Assembly (NCBI RefSeq): GCF_001677475.2
Contig: NZ_CP015229.1
Strand: one strand, 5' to 3'
Length of the DNA: 64,000 nucleotides
DNA from: Escherichia coli
GTDB taxonomy: Bacteria; Pseudomonadota; Gammaproteobacteria; Enterobacterales; Enterobacteriaceae
Shown here: piece by piece, positions 32,157 to 43,571 of the stretch
Numbering within the stretch: the first letter of the stretch is position 1
Layout: every line of letters begins with the position of its first letter
Position numbers and translations under genes: made by a program
Notes under the pieces: model-generated
What the model was told of the DNA's origin: nothing
What the model saw: the letters and a program-made list of their open reading frames with translations, nothing else
Databases searched by the model: none

Positions 32157-33332
32157 TTACCTCCGCAACGTTACGCCGCCGGAAACCGCATCACCCTCTT
32201 TCTGTAACGCGTCCTGTTGCACAACATAATCTGCCGCCAGTGCGCTACGCAGTTTGTCGAAACTGGCAAAGTTCGCGGCCCGCAACTGAAGGTGGAGCGT
32301 CTGGCGTTTTTGATCAAAGGTGAAACCACGCATTTCGATGTCGGAAAGTGATGCTGATTTCAGGGTGCTGGCTATCGCTGACAACTCAGCGAGCAGCCGG
32401 GTATCGTCGGCCTGTGGGCGATATTTTTTCAGCGCCATCGTCACCTGAGAGCGTAAATTCACAATCCGCTTCTGCTCCGGGAATAGCGTTAAGAACTGTT
32501 TCTCCGCCTGGGTGCGGCTTTGCGCCACCTGTTCGCTGACGCTCCATAACGTCACGCCCCGTTCCACTACCAGCGCAACCAGAATCAGCAATATCGGCAG
32601 AATCATCACCCGCCAGCGCGCCCACTGTTTTCGGTAGCTGACGCGAGGCTGCCACTGGCCGCTTAGCAAGTTCCCTTCTGGTTCTCCGAATGTGGTAATG
32701 GCTGGCAGTGCCGTGATTGTCAGGCGTTCTGCGTCCGCATCAGCCCATGTAGATAGCTCTTCCGGCGCAATACCGACCACGGTCAACGAAAGCGGTAAAT
32801 CCTGCTCATTGAGCTGTGCGCGTAACATGACCGGAGCCAGCGCCCGCCCGGCGCTCCATCCCCGGCACTCATTGATGCGGCAGATAACTCGTTGCGCATC
32901 GCCAGCCATATAGCCACAAGGAATGGACATCCAGTCCGGCGCGACGGTAGCGCGGGTGATGCCGTTTTCCTGCAACCACTGCGCAATGTTGCGCATATGC
33001 TGCTGGTGAATCACTGCCACGGTTGCCAGTTGCTGGTCGATTTTCAACGGCGCAAAATGCAGTTCGTCGATATCCTGGTTCAGTTCTTCTTCCAGTAAGG
33101 CGGGCAGAATAGTGGGTATCTCCTTACGGAGGACATCAGGCAGTTCAACCTGCCAGACGCTGATCCATTCGCCGGGAATGTAGAGTCGAATCGCATCGGT
33201 TTGCAGCCATTGCTGAAGCTGTTCGTTGTCGACGTCAGGCCAGATACCGCACTCCACGTCGGCGGTACGGCGCTGCCAGCGGATGGGGTCGGTGGCGCAA
33301 AGCGGGAAAAAAATCTCAAGCATGGAACTCAC
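32157..33332 (-). CDS. gspL: Type II secretion system protein L
   Basis: 391 aa; operon position between gspK and gspM. Confidence 0.75.
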   Translation of the reverse strand: MSSMLEIFFPLCATDPIRWQRRTADVECGIWPDVDNEQLQQWLQTDAIRLYIPGEWISVWQVELPDVLRKEIPTILPALLEEELNQDIDELHFAPLKIDQQLATVAVIHQQHMRNIAQWLQENGITRATVAPDWMSIPCGYMAGDAQRVICRINECRGWSAGRALAPVMLRAQLNEQDLPLSLTVVGIAPEELSTWADADAERLTITALPAITTFGEPEGNLLSGQWQPRVSYRKQWARWRVMILPILLILVALVVERGVTLWSVSEQVAQSRTQAEKQFLTLFPEQKRIVNLRSQVTMALKKYRPQADDTRLLAELSAIASTLKSASLSDIEMRGFTFDQKRQTLHLQLRAANFASFDKLRSALAADYVVQQDALQKEGDAVSGGVTLRR

Positions 33333-34306
33333 TCACTTTCTCCTGTCTGATGCCAGAGAACCGAAAAGTGTTGTGGCCCCATGCGGACAATTAACGAGTT
33401 CATCGTCAGTTCAATCTCATTCACGGTGATATCCGAACGCAGCCAGAAGTAATTGCTGTCCACGCTCAGGACGGTTTTTAGCTGTTTTTTAGTACGCTCA
33501 TCGACGTCAGCAAGTAGCGGCTGCGCAAGAAACTGATCGACATCTTCCCACCCCTTCGCCGGACGTTGTTGTAATAACGCCCGCGCCTGAACAGGGCTTA
33601 ACCACGGGTCAAACAGTGCTTCAAGAATCACACTTTGCGCAACGTCCAGGGTATTGATGTTGATTTGCTGGCGGGTCATCGGCAGCGCACAGACCAGCGG
33701 TTTCAGTTTTTGATAAAGCCCGGCGTCCATTCCCTGCACCACTCGCATCTCGCTGATATCAGCTAACGGTTGATTAGCGGCGTAGAACGGCACCGAGCGG
33801 GCGAGATACTCGCTGTCTTCACGCCCCAGACGCGTCTGCACGCTGCGGTCTTCATCAATAAACTCCCACAGGCTTTCGGCTATCAGTTCGGCCCGATAAG
33901 CAGGCACATCCAGGCGCGAGATCAGGGCAATCAGTTGTTGTACCGCGATAGGACGCGACGCCGTCGTCGGCTGAGCGAGGGCATTCAGGTTAAAGCAGGC
34001 CTGTGCGTCGCGCAGGGTGACGGCAATTTGCCCCTGCGGCAGTGGGAAGAAACGAGGGCCGGATGCCCACGGCTGTGCCAGATGCACGCGTTGTTCATTT
34101 TTCAGGCTCAGACTGAGTGCGCTCAACGCCAGGCTTTCTGCACTGGCGCTGTACCACAGCGCCTGCTGGTACTCCTGCTGGCTGCGCGTTCGCCCAAGTT
34201 GTTGCTGCATCCGCCCGGAAAGCGTGATGGTTACCAGCATCATAACCGCCAGCAATATCAGCACCACAACCAGTGCCATTCCGCGTTTTGGTGGTGAGGT
34301 GATCAT
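33329..34306 (-). CDS. gspK: Type II secretion minor pseudopilin K
   Basis: 325 aa with N-terminal hydrophobic helix; overlaps gspJ stop. Confidence 0.75.
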   Translation of the reverse strand: MITSPPKRGMALVVVLILLAVMMLVTITLSGRMQQQLGRTRSQQEYQQALWYSASAESLALSALSLSLKNEQRVHLAQPWASGPRFFPLPQGQIAVTLRDAQACFNLNALAQPTTASRPIAVQQLIALISRLDVPAYRAELIAESLWEFIDEDRSVQTRLGREDSEYLARSVPFYAANQPLADISEMRVVQGMDAGLYQKLKPLVCALPMTRQQININTLDVAQSVILEALFDPWLSPVQARALLQQRPAKGWEDVDQFLAQPLLADVDERTKKQLKTVLSVDSNYFWLRSDITVNEIELTMNSLIVRMGPQHFSVLWHQTGESE

Positions 34307-34908
34307 GATAATTGCGGCCCGCGTAACAACCAGATGCGTTCAATCTCGCCCCATTGCGGCGAATGCAGAGTCATGCGCACTGCCACAGGGATCGCCTGCA
34401 CTGATGACCAGCTCTCCTGCCAGCGCGTGCCGTCGTAGAACTGCAAACGGAGCGAATCTGCCGGGATTAATTTTTGCGTTGTTGGCTTCACGCTGCCTGC
34501 TGCATCGGTCAGCGGCCAGGCTAACCGTTCGAGATAACCGTCATGAATGCGGTAACCAACGGTGAGCAGATTACTGCGCGGCAGGCGCATCAACGGATTA
34601 ACCACACCGCCACGCACAAAGCGCATCCCTTCACTCTCAGACGCCAGCACGCCAGCGCCAGCCAGTAACGCCGGTTCCCGCTGGCCCTGATCGCCTCTTA
34701 CCGGGCGTGGCATCATTTGTGTCAGATCGTGGGTCAGAAAACTCATCGTTTGCTGCATGAGGTTTAGTTTTTGATCGTGTCCGGCGACGGCGCTATTCAC
34801 GCGCGTGACGCCGTTTGTCACCTGCTGCGCCATCAGCGCCAGTGAGGCAAAAATGGCGATTGCCACCAGCATTTCCAGTAACGTTAAACCAGCGTGGGTC
34901 CTTTTCAC
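34303..34908 (-). CDS. gspJ: Type II secretion minor pseudopilin J
   Basis: Prepilin-type N-terminus MKRTHAGLTLLEMLVAIA. Confidence 0.8.
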   Translation of the reverse strand: MKRTHAGLTLLEMLVAIAIFASLALMAQQVTNGVTRVNSAVAGHDQKLNLMQQTMSFLTHDLTQMMPRPVRGDQGQREPALLAGAGVLASESEGMRFVRGGVVNPLMRLPRSNLLTVGYRIHDGYLERLAWPLTDAAGSVKPTTQKLIPADSLRLQFYDGTRWQESWSSVQAIPVAVRMTLHSPQWGEIERIWLLRGPQLS

Positions 34909-35276
34909 TGTTGGCCTCCCACGGCGCTAAACCAGGCGCGTCGTGACTGAATCACCGGCGAAAAATCTTCGTGACGGCTGACTTCAATATCCACCGCCTG
35001 GAGCAGCGCGTTACCGGTATTCAGCGGTGTGGTTCGCCAGTACCAGCGGCTTCCTGCCATATCGCTCTCGCCCTGGTGCCTGACCGCCCGTTGTTCGCGG
35101 GTCATCAGGTAGAGTAGAGCGGTCTGGTTTTCAGCTACCCAGCCCGCTACTGTTTTCTCCTCAAGAACTTGCTGATTACTCAGCGCACCGCTGGCAATCT
35201 GTAACACTGCCGTGGCAGCCAGCGCAAAAATCGCCAGCGCGAGCATCACTTCCAGCAACGTAAATCCGCGCTTCAT
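34905..35276 (-). CDS. gspI: Type II secretion minor pseudopilin I
   Basis: Prepilin-type N-terminus MKRGFTLLEVMLALAIF. Confidence 0.8.
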   Translation of the reverse strand: MKRGFTLLEVMLALAIFALAATAVLQIASGALSNQQVLEEKTVAGWVAENQTALLYLMTREQRAVRHQGESDMAGSRWYWRTTPLNTGNALLQAVDIEVSRHEDFSPVIQSRRAWFSAVGGQQ

Positions 35277-35836
35277 GGCATCCTCTCATCACATTGATTG
35301 AGGGATAACGCGCCATCGTGCGCCAGTTTTACCGCCCAACATGCGTTTTGCACCGCCGAGTAAAAGCGCAGCGTAAACGGCGTGGCGGGTTCAAAAGGCG
35401 AAAAACGGATCTGCGGCGTCTTCTTTTTCGCCTCTTTTTGCAGCTCCAGTTCAATATCATGCAGCGTCAGGCGACGACGTTGCAGCTCCAGCGCATACTC
35501 TTTCTGCCAGATATCACTTCCGGGTTGTAACAGCATCTGCACCTGTTTCGACACCGTAACCTGTGCCGATAACCGGGTCGCAGAAACGGGCAACCACTGC
35601 CCCTGACGACGTTGCATAAACTGGTAGCCAGGTGGGTCGATTAGCACACCGAGTGTTTTCCCTTCGATCACTGCCCTGTCCTTAAACTGCGCAAAGCGAG
35701 TCAGAAAATCCTGCGCCGCTTTTTTCGCAGGCGATTCAGAATCGGTCGCAAAAGTCTGTACCACGCCCACACTGGCAAGGCCGATAAGGAAAATCACCAG
35801 CATGATTTCCAGAAGAGTGAATCCGCGTCCAGGCAC
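35273..35836 (-). CDS. gspH: Type II secretion minor pseudopilin H
   Basis: Prepilin-type N-terminus GRGFTLLEIMLVIF. Confidence 0.8.
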   Translation of the reverse strand: MPGRGFTLLEIMLVIFLIGLASVGVVQTFATDSESPAKKAAQDFLTRFAQFKDRAVIEGKTLGVLIDPPGYQFMQRRQGQWLPVSATRLSAQVTVSKQVQMLLQPGSDIWQKEYALELQRRRLTLHDIELELQKEAKKKTPQIRFSPFEPATPFTLRFYSAVQNACWAVKLAHDGALSLNQCDERMP

Positions 35837-35839
35837 TGA

Positions 35840-36295
35840 TTACTGAAACTCCTGCAAATTCCAGTTACCGATATCTGCGCCAGCGCCTTCCCCGTTTTCC
35901 TGACCATCCGCCCCTAAGGTGTAAACATCAAACATCCCTTTTTCGCCAGGGCTGAGATACTGATAATCATTGCCCCACGGATCTTTTGGCAGTCGTTTAA
36001 TGTATCCACCGGTACGGTAGTTGCGGGAATCCGCCATATTGGCCGGTTGCTGGATCAGCGCTTCCAGCCCCTGTTCGGTGGTCGGATAACGCCCGTTATC
36101 CAGTCGGTACATATCCAGCGCGTTCTCCAGCGCCACGATATCGCTGATGGCTTTTTGCCGATCCGCTTTCTCTTTATTGCCCAACAGGTTAGGCACCACC
36201 AGACTTGCCAGGACGCCAAGAATAACAATCACCACCATCACTTCCAGCAGGGTAAAACCTGCCCGTGGTTTTTGTGTGCGGGATAACGAATTCAT
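35840..36295 (-). CDS. gspG: Type II secretion major pseudopilin G
   Basis: MNSLSRTQKPRAGFTLLEVMVVIVILGVLASLVVPNLLGNKEKADRQKA; GGAG RBS 7 nt upstream of the ATG at 36295. Confidence 0.85.
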   Translation of the reverse strand: MNSLSRTQKPRAGFTLLEVMVVIVILGVLASLVVPNLLGNKEKADRQKAISDIVALENALDMYRLDNGRYPTTEQGLEALIQQPANMADSRNYRTGGYIKRLPKDPWGNDYQYLSPGEKGMFDVYTLGADGQENGEGAGADIGNWNLQEFQ

Positions 36296-36311
36296 GTGAT
36301 AACTCCGTAAA

Positions 36312-37535
36312 TTACATTCCAACCATATTGTTCAGTTGCAGCATCGGCTCGAGGATGGCGATGACGATAAACAGCACCACGCCCGCCATCATCACCACCA
36401 GCGCCGGTTCAAACAGCCCTAACGCCAGCCCCACCTGGGTATCAAATTCCCGTTCCTGGTTGACTGCGGCCTGCTCAAGCATGGTTTCCAGTTCGCCGCT
36501 CTGTTCGCCGGAGGCGATCATGTACAGCATCATCGGCGGGAACAGGCGCAACTCCGCCAGCGCAGCGCGCAGACTGCTTCCTTCGCGGACGCGATCTGCC
36601 GCCAGCAGCAGTTGTTGTTCGACATAGCGATTTGCCGACACGGCGGCAGCTGTCTGAATGCCTTCCAGTAGCGGAACACTGCTGGCGGTGAGGATGCTTA
36701 ACGTGCGGGAAAAACGCGCCGTATTCAGCCCGCGCGCAACACGCCCCGTCACGGGCAAACGCAGCAAGGTTTTATCCCAGCGCAAGCGCATGGCAGGATT
36801 TTTGAGTAGCCGTTGCCCCAGCACCAGAAGCCCCAGCAAACCTACCAGCCAGTAAACGCCGCTGGTCTGTAACGTGTCGCTCATGGCGATGAGCATTCGG
36901 GTGGAGGCAGGCAGCGCGTGTCCGAGATGATCAAACTGTTCGATGATTTTCGGCACCACTGCCGTCAGCAAAATAGTGACCACGCCCGTTGCCACCACCA
37001 GCAGTACCAGCGGATAGAGCATGGCCTGCAGCAGGCGTGATTTCAGGCGCTGCCGCTGTTCGGTGTAATCCGCCAGGCGATTGAGCACCACATCGAGATG
37101 CCCGGATTTTTCTCCGGCAGCGACCATCGAACAAAACAGGGAGTCAAAGACGCGGGGATGTTCGCGCAGGCTGTCCGACAGGGTATAGCCTTCCTGAATC
37201 CGACTGCGCAGCGCCATTCCGAGGCTTTTCACATGCAGTTTTTCACTTTGCTCACTGACCGCCTGTAAGCAGGTTTCCAGCGGCATTGCTGCCTGCACCA
37301 GCGTTGCCAGTTGGCGCGTGAACAGCGCCAAATCTGCCGCCGCCACGCGACGATGTGCGTGCCGCCGACGCTGCAACATTCCCCCTGTCGAAGCATTCAG
37401 CCGGGCTTCAATGTGCACGGGGATAAGCTCTTTACCACGCAACAATTGACGGGCATGACGCGCGGAATCCGCCTCAATCATGCCTTTGGTTTTGCGACCA
37501 TTACGCTCCAGCGCCTGATAGTAAAACAGTGCCAT
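36312..37535 (-). CDS. gspF: Type II secretion inner-membrane platform protein F
   Basis: 407 aa polytopic membrane protein; overlaps gspE stop. Confidence 0.8.
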   Translation of the reverse strand: MALFYYQALERNGRKTKGMIEADSARHARQLLRGKELIPVHIEARLNASTGGMLQRRRHAHRRVAAADLALFTRQLATLVQAAMPLETCLQAVSEQSEKLHVKSLGMALRSRIQEGYTLSDSLREHPRVFDSLFCSMVAAGEKSGHLDVVLNRLADYTEQRQRLKSRLLQAMLYPLVLLVVATGVVTILLTAVVPKIIEQFDHLGHALPASTRMLIAMSDTLQTSGVYWLVGLLGLLVLGQRLLKNPAMRLRWDKTLLRLPVTGRVARGLNTARFSRTLSILTASSVPLLEGIQTAAAVSANRYVEQQLLLAADRVREGSSLRAALAELRLFPPMMLYMIASGEQSGELETMLEQAAVNQEREFDTQVGLALGLFEPALVVMMAGVVLFIVIAILEPMLQLNNMVGM

Positions 37536-39028
37536 TACGCCTCCATGGTTACCCGCAGCACTTCATCGAGAGAGGTTTCTCCGGCGAGCACTTTCTCAAT
37601 GCCGTTGCTGCGGATGCCCGCAGAGTGTTGCCGGACATAACGTTCCAGCTCCAGTTCCCCGGCCTGACGGTGGATCAAATCACGCAATGTGGCGTCCACC
37701 ACGATCAACTCATGGATGGCAGTACGCCCGCGAAAACCTTTGTGATTACAGGCGGGGCAGCCCTGCGGATGGTACAGCGTGACAGTACGCGCGTCGGTAA
37801 TCCCCAGCAGGCGTTTTTCTTCGTCAGTGGCAGGCGCGGGCTGGCGGCAGTCGGGGCACAGCGTGCGAATCAGCCGCTGCGCCATCACGCCCGTCAGACT
37901 GGAAGAGAGCAGGAAAGGCTCCACGCCCATATCCTGCAAACGCGTAATCGCCCCCACCGCCGTGTTGGTATGCAGCGTGGAAAGTACCAGGTGCCCAGTG
38001 AGCGACGCCTGAACAGCGATTTCTGCGGTTTCGGTATCGCGGATTTCACCGACCATCACCACATCCGGGTCCTGACGCAAAATCGCGCGCAGGCCACGGG
38101 CGAAGGTCATGCCGACGCGGGTGTTGACCTGCGTCTGACCGATCCCTTCAATCATGTATTCGATGGGGTCTTCAACCGTGAGAATGTTGCGCGAGTGGTT
38201 GTTCAGCTCCTGCAATCCGGCGTACAGCGTGGTGCTTTTGCCGGAACCTGTCGGCCCCGTCACCAGAAAGATACCGTGCGGTTTGTGTAACAGCTGGCGC
38301 AAATGCGCGGTCAGTTCATGACTCAGCCCCAGACGCTCCAGCGTCAGGCGGGCCTGGTTTTTGTCCAGCAATCGCAGTACCACGCGCTCGCCCCAGGCGG
38401 AAGGCATGGTGGAGACACGCACGTCAATCGCCCGACCGCCCAGCAGCAGCGCAATGCGTCCATCCTGCGGTACGCGCTTTTCGGCAATATCCAGCCGCGC
38501 CATCACCTTGATACGCGATACCAGCAGCGAGGCCAGTTTGCGCCCCGGACGCAGCATTTCATGTAATGTGCCGTCAACGCGAAAACGGATCACCAGACTC
38601 TTTTCAAATGTCTCAATGTGGATATCCGAAGCGCCTTCTTTAATCGCCTCTGCCAGCATAGCGTTGATCAGTTTGATGATTGGCGCGTCGTCGTCGCTTT
38701 CCAGCAGATCTTCCGTTTCCGGCAGTTCTTCAGCGAGAGTAAAAAAGTCCTCAGCAGAACCGAGATCTTCCATCAGCTGGCGGGCCTCGGAAGAGTCCCG
38801 CTGCCAGACCGCATTCAGCCGCTGTTCAAATTCGGCTTCGTCGATTTGCCGCAGCGTAAAGGGCGCGTTCAGCCCCCGCTGCAGCTCCTGCAAAACAGAG
38901 AGCGATAGCGGATGAACGTGGAGGATCTCCAGCGACGCTTCGCACCATGCCACCAGGCTAAACCGACGGCTGAAACTGTAGGGCAGACGCACGGTGTTAG
39001 CGGTGGTTTCCTGTGCTACAGGCACCAT
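37535..39028 (-). CDS. gspE: Type II secretion ATPase E
   Basis: Walker [11 protein letters not shown]-terminal tetracysteine CPDC...CPAC; 497 aa. Confidence 0.85.
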   Translation of the reverse strand: MVPVAQETTANTVRLPYSFSRRFSLVAWCEASLEILHVHPLSLSVLQELQRGLNAPFTLRQIDEAEFEQRLNAVWQRDSSEARQLMEDLGSAEDFFTLAEELPETEDLLESDDDAPIIKLINAMLAEAIKEGASDIHIETFEKSLVIRFRVDGTLHEMLRPGRKLASLLVSRIKVMARLDIAEKRVPQDGRIALLLGGRAIDVRVSTMPSAWGERVVLRLLDKNQARLTLERLGLSHELTAHLRQLLHKPHGIFLVTGPTGSGKSTTLYAGLQELNNHSRNILTVEDPIEYMIEGIGQTQVNTRVGMTFARGLRAILRQDPDVVMVGEIRDTETAEIAVQASLTGHLVLSTLHTNTAVGAITRLQDMGVEPFLLSSSLTGVMAQRLIRTLCPDCRQPAPATDEEKRLLGITDARTVTLYHPQGCPACNHKGFRGRTAIHELIVVDATLRDLIHRQAGELELERYVRQHSAGIRSNGIEKVLAGETSLDEVLRVTMEA

Positions 39029-41088
39029 TAACGCGTTCTCCCGGCATTGAGGAATGCGCGTACTTCCGGCGGTAAGGCCTGGTTTTGCGCTGGCAGTACC
39101 GGCTGCGCGGTGTGCGGCATCAGGCTTAAGCCTTGCTCATCGCGATAGATCTGTTCGGCGCGCATATAGTTATATTTGCGCTGCGACACGCCGTCTGCCG
39201 CCATACCGTCACGCAGAATGGTCGGACGGATAAACACCATCAGGTTACGTTTTTCTTTTTTATCCGCCGTCGATTTAAACAGGTTACCAATCAATGGGAT
39301 ATCGCCAAGCAGCGGCACTTTCGCCACGCTTTCTCCCGCCTGGTCGTCCATCAGACCGCCAAGCACAATTAGCTCACCATCGTTAGCCAACACGGTGGTT
39401 TTCAGTTTGCGCTCACCAAACACCACGTCGAGGCTGGTCTGTCCTTCCACCTTCGAGACTTCCTGCTCAATCACCATCTGTACCGCGTTACCTTCGTTAA
39501 TCTGCGGCGTGACTTTCAGCATGATGCCGACTTTTTTCCTTTCTACCGTGTTGAAAGGATTGCTGTTATTGGAGCCAACGGTAGATCCAGTTAATACCGG
39601 AACGTCCTGGCCCACCATGAAGAAGGCTTCCTGGTTGTCCAGCGTGGTGATGCTCGGCGTGGAGAGCACGTTCGAGCTGGAGTCGTTTTTAACCGCCTGT
39701 ACCAATGCCATCCAGTCGCCTTTCACCACGCCAACCGCCGTACCGCTAAAGCCGGAAAGAAGCTGGGCGAGCGTGGAGAGATCGCCGTTGGTATCCGGAT
39801 TAATGGTGGTTGCGCCGTTTTCACTGATCACCGTCGAGCCTTTCTGCGGTTTCGCCTGAGAAATGGCTGCGCCCAGCGTACCGATAGGGATCTGCGTACC
39901 ATTAGCAAACTGCATTAATCCGGCATCTTTCGACGCCCACTGCACGCCGAAATTGATATTGCTGCCTTCGGCAACTTCCACGATCAACGCCTCGACATGC
40001 ACCTGAGCACGGCGAATATCCAGTTGTTCAATCACGCTTTGCAGCGACTGCATGATGTCCTGCGGCGCGGTTACAATCAGGGCATTACTGTGTTTGCTGG
40101 CGGCGATGGAGACAACCTCACGCCCGCTACCGACCGTGCCTTCCGCCTCTTCTTTAGCCGCCGTGAGCGTGCCGCTGACCTGCTTCAGTACATCGACCAG
40201 ATCTTCGGCTTTGCTGTATTTGAGATAGAACACCTGGCTGTTGCCGCTGCGCTCCATTTCTGAGTCCAGGCGACGGATCAGGCGGCGCATTTTGTCCCGC
40301 GTGGCCGGGTCACCACTGACAATCACGCTGTTGGTGCGTTCATCGGCGACAATCTGTGATTTCAGCGTCGCTGGCTGGTTCTCGCCGCTGTTTTTAGTCA
40401 GGCTTTCCAGCACGCGAGCAATTTCCGAAGCCGAGGCGTTATCCAGCGGGATCACCTCTTCGGTGCGATTACCCGCGTGATCCACGCGCTGGATCACTTC
40501 CGTCAGGCGCTCCACAACGGAGGCGCGTCCGGTGAGCATAATCACGTTGGAGGGATCGTAATTAACAACGTTGCCAGAACCTGCGCTATCGATCATCTGG
40601 CGCAAAATCGGTGCCAGCTCGCGTACCGACACATTGCGTACCGGCACCACTTTAGTGACCATTTCATCACCCGCGTAGTTGTCGCTACCTTCACCGACCA
40701 GCGGCAGCGGCTCGACTTTCGCGGCGCTGGATTTCACCACCTTCAGCACGTCGTTTTCCATCGGTACGACGGCATACCCCTGTGCTTCCAGCAGGTTAAG
40801 GAATAGCTGGTAATACTGGCGTTCATTGAGCGGGGTCATGGTACGAATACTCACCTTCCCCTGCACGCCCGGCCCCATAATGATGGTTTTATTAAGGTTA
40901 GCGCCGACGGTTTCGATGAACGATTTCAGGTCGGTATCTTTAAAATTGGCGGTGAAGGTGGCTTCTTCCGCCCAGACCGGTGAACTACATAATGCCGCTG
41001 CCAGCACCAGCGGCAGTAAACGCTTTTTTGTTTTGAGGCCAGTTGTCTTCTTACGCCAGACCGACAACGTAATATCACGCCAAAACAC
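39028..41088 (-). CDS. gspD: Type II secretion outer-membrane secretin D
   Basis: 686 aa with signal peptide ...[16 protein letters not shown] and secretin-type C-terminal domain. Confidence 0.85.
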   Translation of the reverse strand: MFWRDITLSVWRKKTTGLKTKKRLLPLVLAAALCSSPVWAEEATFTANFKDTDLKSFIETVGANLNKTIIMGPGVQGKVSIRTMTPLNERQYYQLFLNLLEAQGYAVVPMENDVLKVVKSSAAKVEPLPLVGEGSDNYAGDEMVTKVVPVRNVSVRELAPILRQMIDSAGSGNVVNYDPSNVIMLTGRASVVERLTEVIQRVDHAGNRTEEVIPLDNASASEIARVLESLTKNSGENQPATLKSQIVADERTNSVIVSGDPATRDKMRRLIRRLDSEMERSGNSQVFYLKYSKAEDLVDVLKQVSGTLTAAKEEAEGTVGSGREVVSIAASKHSNALIVTAPQDIMQSLQSVIEQLDIRRAQVHVEALIVEVAEGSNINFGVQWASKDAGLMQFANGTQIPIGTLGAAISQAKPQKGSTVISENGATTINPDTNGDLSTLAQLLSGFSGTAVGVVKGDWMALVQAVKNDSSSNVLSTPSITTLDNQEAFFMVGQDVPVLTGSTVGSNNSNPFNTVERKKVGIMLKVTPQINEGNAVQMVIEQEVSKVEGQTSLDVVFGERKLKTTVLANDGELIVLGGLMDDQAGESVAKVPLLGDIPLIGNLFKSTADKKEKRNLMVFIRPTILRDGMAADGVSQRKYNYMRAEQIYRDEQGLSLMPHTAQPVLPAQNQALPPEVRAFLNAGRTR

Positions 41089-41117
41089 GATGAATGATTC
41101 TCCTGGATTAAATGCGG

Positions 41118-42077
41118 TTAGCGCAGCGCGATGGAAATATCGTAGCGCGCACCCTTGCGTAAAACCGTAAGTTGAATGGAATCCATTGAAGGTAACTGCC
41201 GCATCAGAGCAATCATTGCTCGTGGATCAGTAAAATCCTGCTGATTTAGCGCAATGGCGATATCGCCGTCCTTGAAACCGCTGGCATCGAACAGAGAACG
41301 ATCTGCCCCCGGTTTCACTGCATAACCGACAATCCCCTCCTTACGCACGGGCGTAAGCTGGATATAGTTAAAAATTTTCTGCGGATCTTTCGCCAGTGCC
41401 TGACGCACGGCAACCGGGATCTCAACTGGCGCACTGGCAGTAGGTTCGGCAACAGCTTGCTTTACTTCGTCACTGACGGCTTTTTTGTTGGTCACGGCTA
41501 CGGTGGAACGCTCCTCTTCTGCCAGACTCAGGCGCTCCATTTTTCCCTGATAGCGCAGCATCACATGGTCGCGATTGATTTCCTCAATCACCGCGTTGTG
41601 AGAGCCAAGCCGTTCCCCCTGTAAATAGACCTGTTGTTTGCCGCCTTCTTCAATAACCGCGCCGGGTCTGGCACCAAAGGCGATCCCGCGCAGCACCACG
41701 TTAAGACGCGTTTCTGCCACCGGCGCAGGTTCGGGTTGTTTTACCGGCGCGGCGACGGGCTGATATTTGCCAAACCAGTTTTGCTGGCTGATTAATTGCA
41801 CGTCTTTTTGCTCAAACGTTTTTGCATCCGCACGTGCCGGTTTATTCGCCGATGGAGAAGGCGATGTATATTCCGCAGAAAAGGAGATATAGCGCCAGAG
41901 TGAATACGCCATTTTTGCAGAAATAATAAGCAGCATCAGCCAGAACATCGCGCGTACAATTTTTCGCAGATGCTCTTTGTCTGTATTAAGAGATTGTCTC
42001 TGGCTAAGAGTGTGACGAATTTTAGTCAGCCACTGAATGAGATAAATTCGTGCGTCACGAAAAACAACCCGCGCCAA
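41118..42077 (-). CDS. gspC: Type II secretion protein C
   Basis: Membrane anchor MFWLMLLIISAKMAYSLW followed by periplasmic domain; first gsp gene downstream of yghG. Start codon uncertain (ORF opens at TTG; first ATG at 41948). Confidence 0.6.
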   Translation of the reverse strand: MARVVFRDARIYLIQWLTKIRHTLSQRQSLNTDKEHLRKIVRAMFWLMLLIISAKMAYSLWRYISFSAEYTSPSPSANKPARADAKTFEQKDVQLISQQNWFGKYQPVAAPVKQPEPAPVAETRLNVVLRGIAFGARPGAVIEEGGKQQVYLQGERLGSHNAVIEEINRDHVMLRYQGKMERLSLAEEERSTVAVTNKKAVSDEVKQAVAEPTASAPVEIPVAVRQALAKDPQKIFNYIQLTPVRKEGIVGYAVKPGADRSLFDASGFKDGDIAIALNQQDFTDPRAMIALMRQLPSMDSIQLTVLRKGARYDISIALR

Positions 42078-42092
42078 TTTATATACCCGACG

Positions 42093-42503
42093 TTATGCTT
42101 TGACTATTCCACAGGTGGTACGATCCAGTTTCCGCTGATACTGGTTACCTGTACGTGTATCATTAATCGTTATGCTGTAATTAATTCCCTCAGTGATCAT
42201 TAATTTCACCGTCGGGTCAGCGCACATTTGTCGTTGATAGCTGGTTAAAAAGGCGTCAGGCGTCTGCGTGGTTTGTGTACCCGCTTCGCTGATAATGGTC
42301 ATTTTTACCGTCGCACCGCTACTTTGCGCCAGCACTAAGGTATATCCCGCAGATTTAATTGGCAGGTTTTGACTGATATTTTGCGCCTGTTTTTTCGCCA
42401 GTAAACTGGCGTTTTCATTATGGCTGGCGCAGCCACTTAATAATCCTGTAACGCTCAACAATAGCGATATTAATACCCTCCCTGGCATCTGTTTTATCGA
42501 CAT
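42093..42503 (-). CDS. yghG: Type II secretion pilotin lipoprotein (YghG/AspS-type)
   Basis: 136 aa with lipobox LLSGC after signal peptide. Confidence 0.7.
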   Translation of the reverse strand: MSIKQMPGRVLISLLLSVTGLLSGCASHNENASLLAKKQAQNISQNLPIKSAGYTLVLAQSSGATVKMTIISEAGTQTTQTPDAFLTSYQRQMCADPTVKLMITEGINYSITINDTRTGNQYQRKLDRTTCGIVKA

Positions 42504-42568
42504 GGTAAATAATCTCTAAGGTTATTAATAAGAGTTAAAATGTCACTTTGATAATGACGTTGTTATCA

Positions 42569-43378
42569 TTAAAACAATGCCTGTAGATAAAGTGTTGCTA
42601 TACCGCCCAGACTTAAACACGGTCCAAAAGGCAGCGTCGTTGATCCTTTTTTTGTAATAACGGCATATATCAGGCCGCAGCATGAGGCGATTAAAGCAAC
42701 ATTGGGCAGTGACAACGGCCCCACCCAACTACCTAACGCAGCGAACAATAATACATCGCCCATGCCTAATGCTTCTTTACGCAGAACTATTCCGGCTATC
42801 CAGCGCAGAGAGTAAAAAGTGATAAACCCCACCAGGACGCCGGTGACTGCATCTTGTAGCGTGAGCGGGCTCTGCTGCGCCCATGCCGCAATTAGTCCCG
42901 TCCACAATACGCCCTGAGTAAAAACATCGGGCAGCCATTGGTTATCGAGGTCGATGACACTCGCGGCAATCAGCCAGGCGGATAATATCATCACCGCCAG
43001 CCCCCATCCACTTTCCGGCCAGACCAGACTCGCCAGCAAAAAAGCGAGTGCCGTCAATAACTCCACCAGCGGATAACGCTTGCTGATTTTCGTCTGACAG
43101 TCGCGGCAGCGCCCTTTGAGCATCAGCCAGGAGAATAGCGGAATATTGTCACGAACGCGGATGGTCTGCTGGCAATGCGGACAGTGCGAACGTGGCAGCG
43201 CCAGGCTTATTTTTGACTGCGCACTCGGCGTTTCCCCCTGAAACTCCGCCATTTGTTGGCGAAGCATGATGGGGTAACGCCAAATCACCACATTCAAAAA
43301 ACTGCCGATGATTAATCCTCCAACGGTTGCCAGGATGGGCATCACCGCTGGATATTGCTGAAAAACATCAAAATGCAT
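42569..43378 (-). CDS. pppA: Prepilin peptidase (GspO-type)
   Basis: 269 aa from ATG at 43378 ([21 protein letters not shown]...); zinc-finger CPHC...CRDC plus polytopic membrane domain. Confidence 0.8.
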   Translation of the reverse strand: MHFDVFQQYPAVMPILATVGGLIIGSFLNVVIWRYPIMLRQQMAEFQGETPSAQSKISLALPRSHCPHCQQTIRVRDNIPLFSWLMLKGRCRDCQTKISKRYPLVELLTALAFLLASLVWPESGWGLAVMILSAWLIAASVIDLDNQWLPDVFTQGVLWTGLIAAWAQQSPLTLQDAVTGVLVGFITFYSLRWIAGIVLRKEALGMGDVLLFAALGSWVGPLSLPNVALIASCCGLIYAVITKKGSTTLPFGPCLSLGGIATLYLQALF

Positions 43379-43399
43379 GGTTAAAGGTTGTTTGTTGTA

Positions 43400-43571
43400 A
43401 TTTGCCGGATGCGGCGTAAAACGCCTTATCCGGCCTACAGGAGTCTGCCAACGCAAGTAATTGCGGCTTTCCCTGTAGACCCGATAAGTTGGCGCATCGG
43501 GCACATGTGTTAACCCGATGCGCCTTATTTCATGCCGGATGCGGCGTGAACGCCTTATCCGGCATACAGGC
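43400..43571. repeat. REP/BIME-type extragenic palindromic repeats
   Basis: Two near-identical GCCGGATGCGGCGT(A/G)AACGCCTTATCCGGCCTACAG-type units (43404-43440 and 43533-43570) plus an internal palindrome. Confidence 0.6.

Noticed and set aside
38361-38915. 184-aa Ser-rich plus-strand ORF
   Set aside because: Antisense to gspE; low-complexity Ser/Arg composition typical of a shadow frame.
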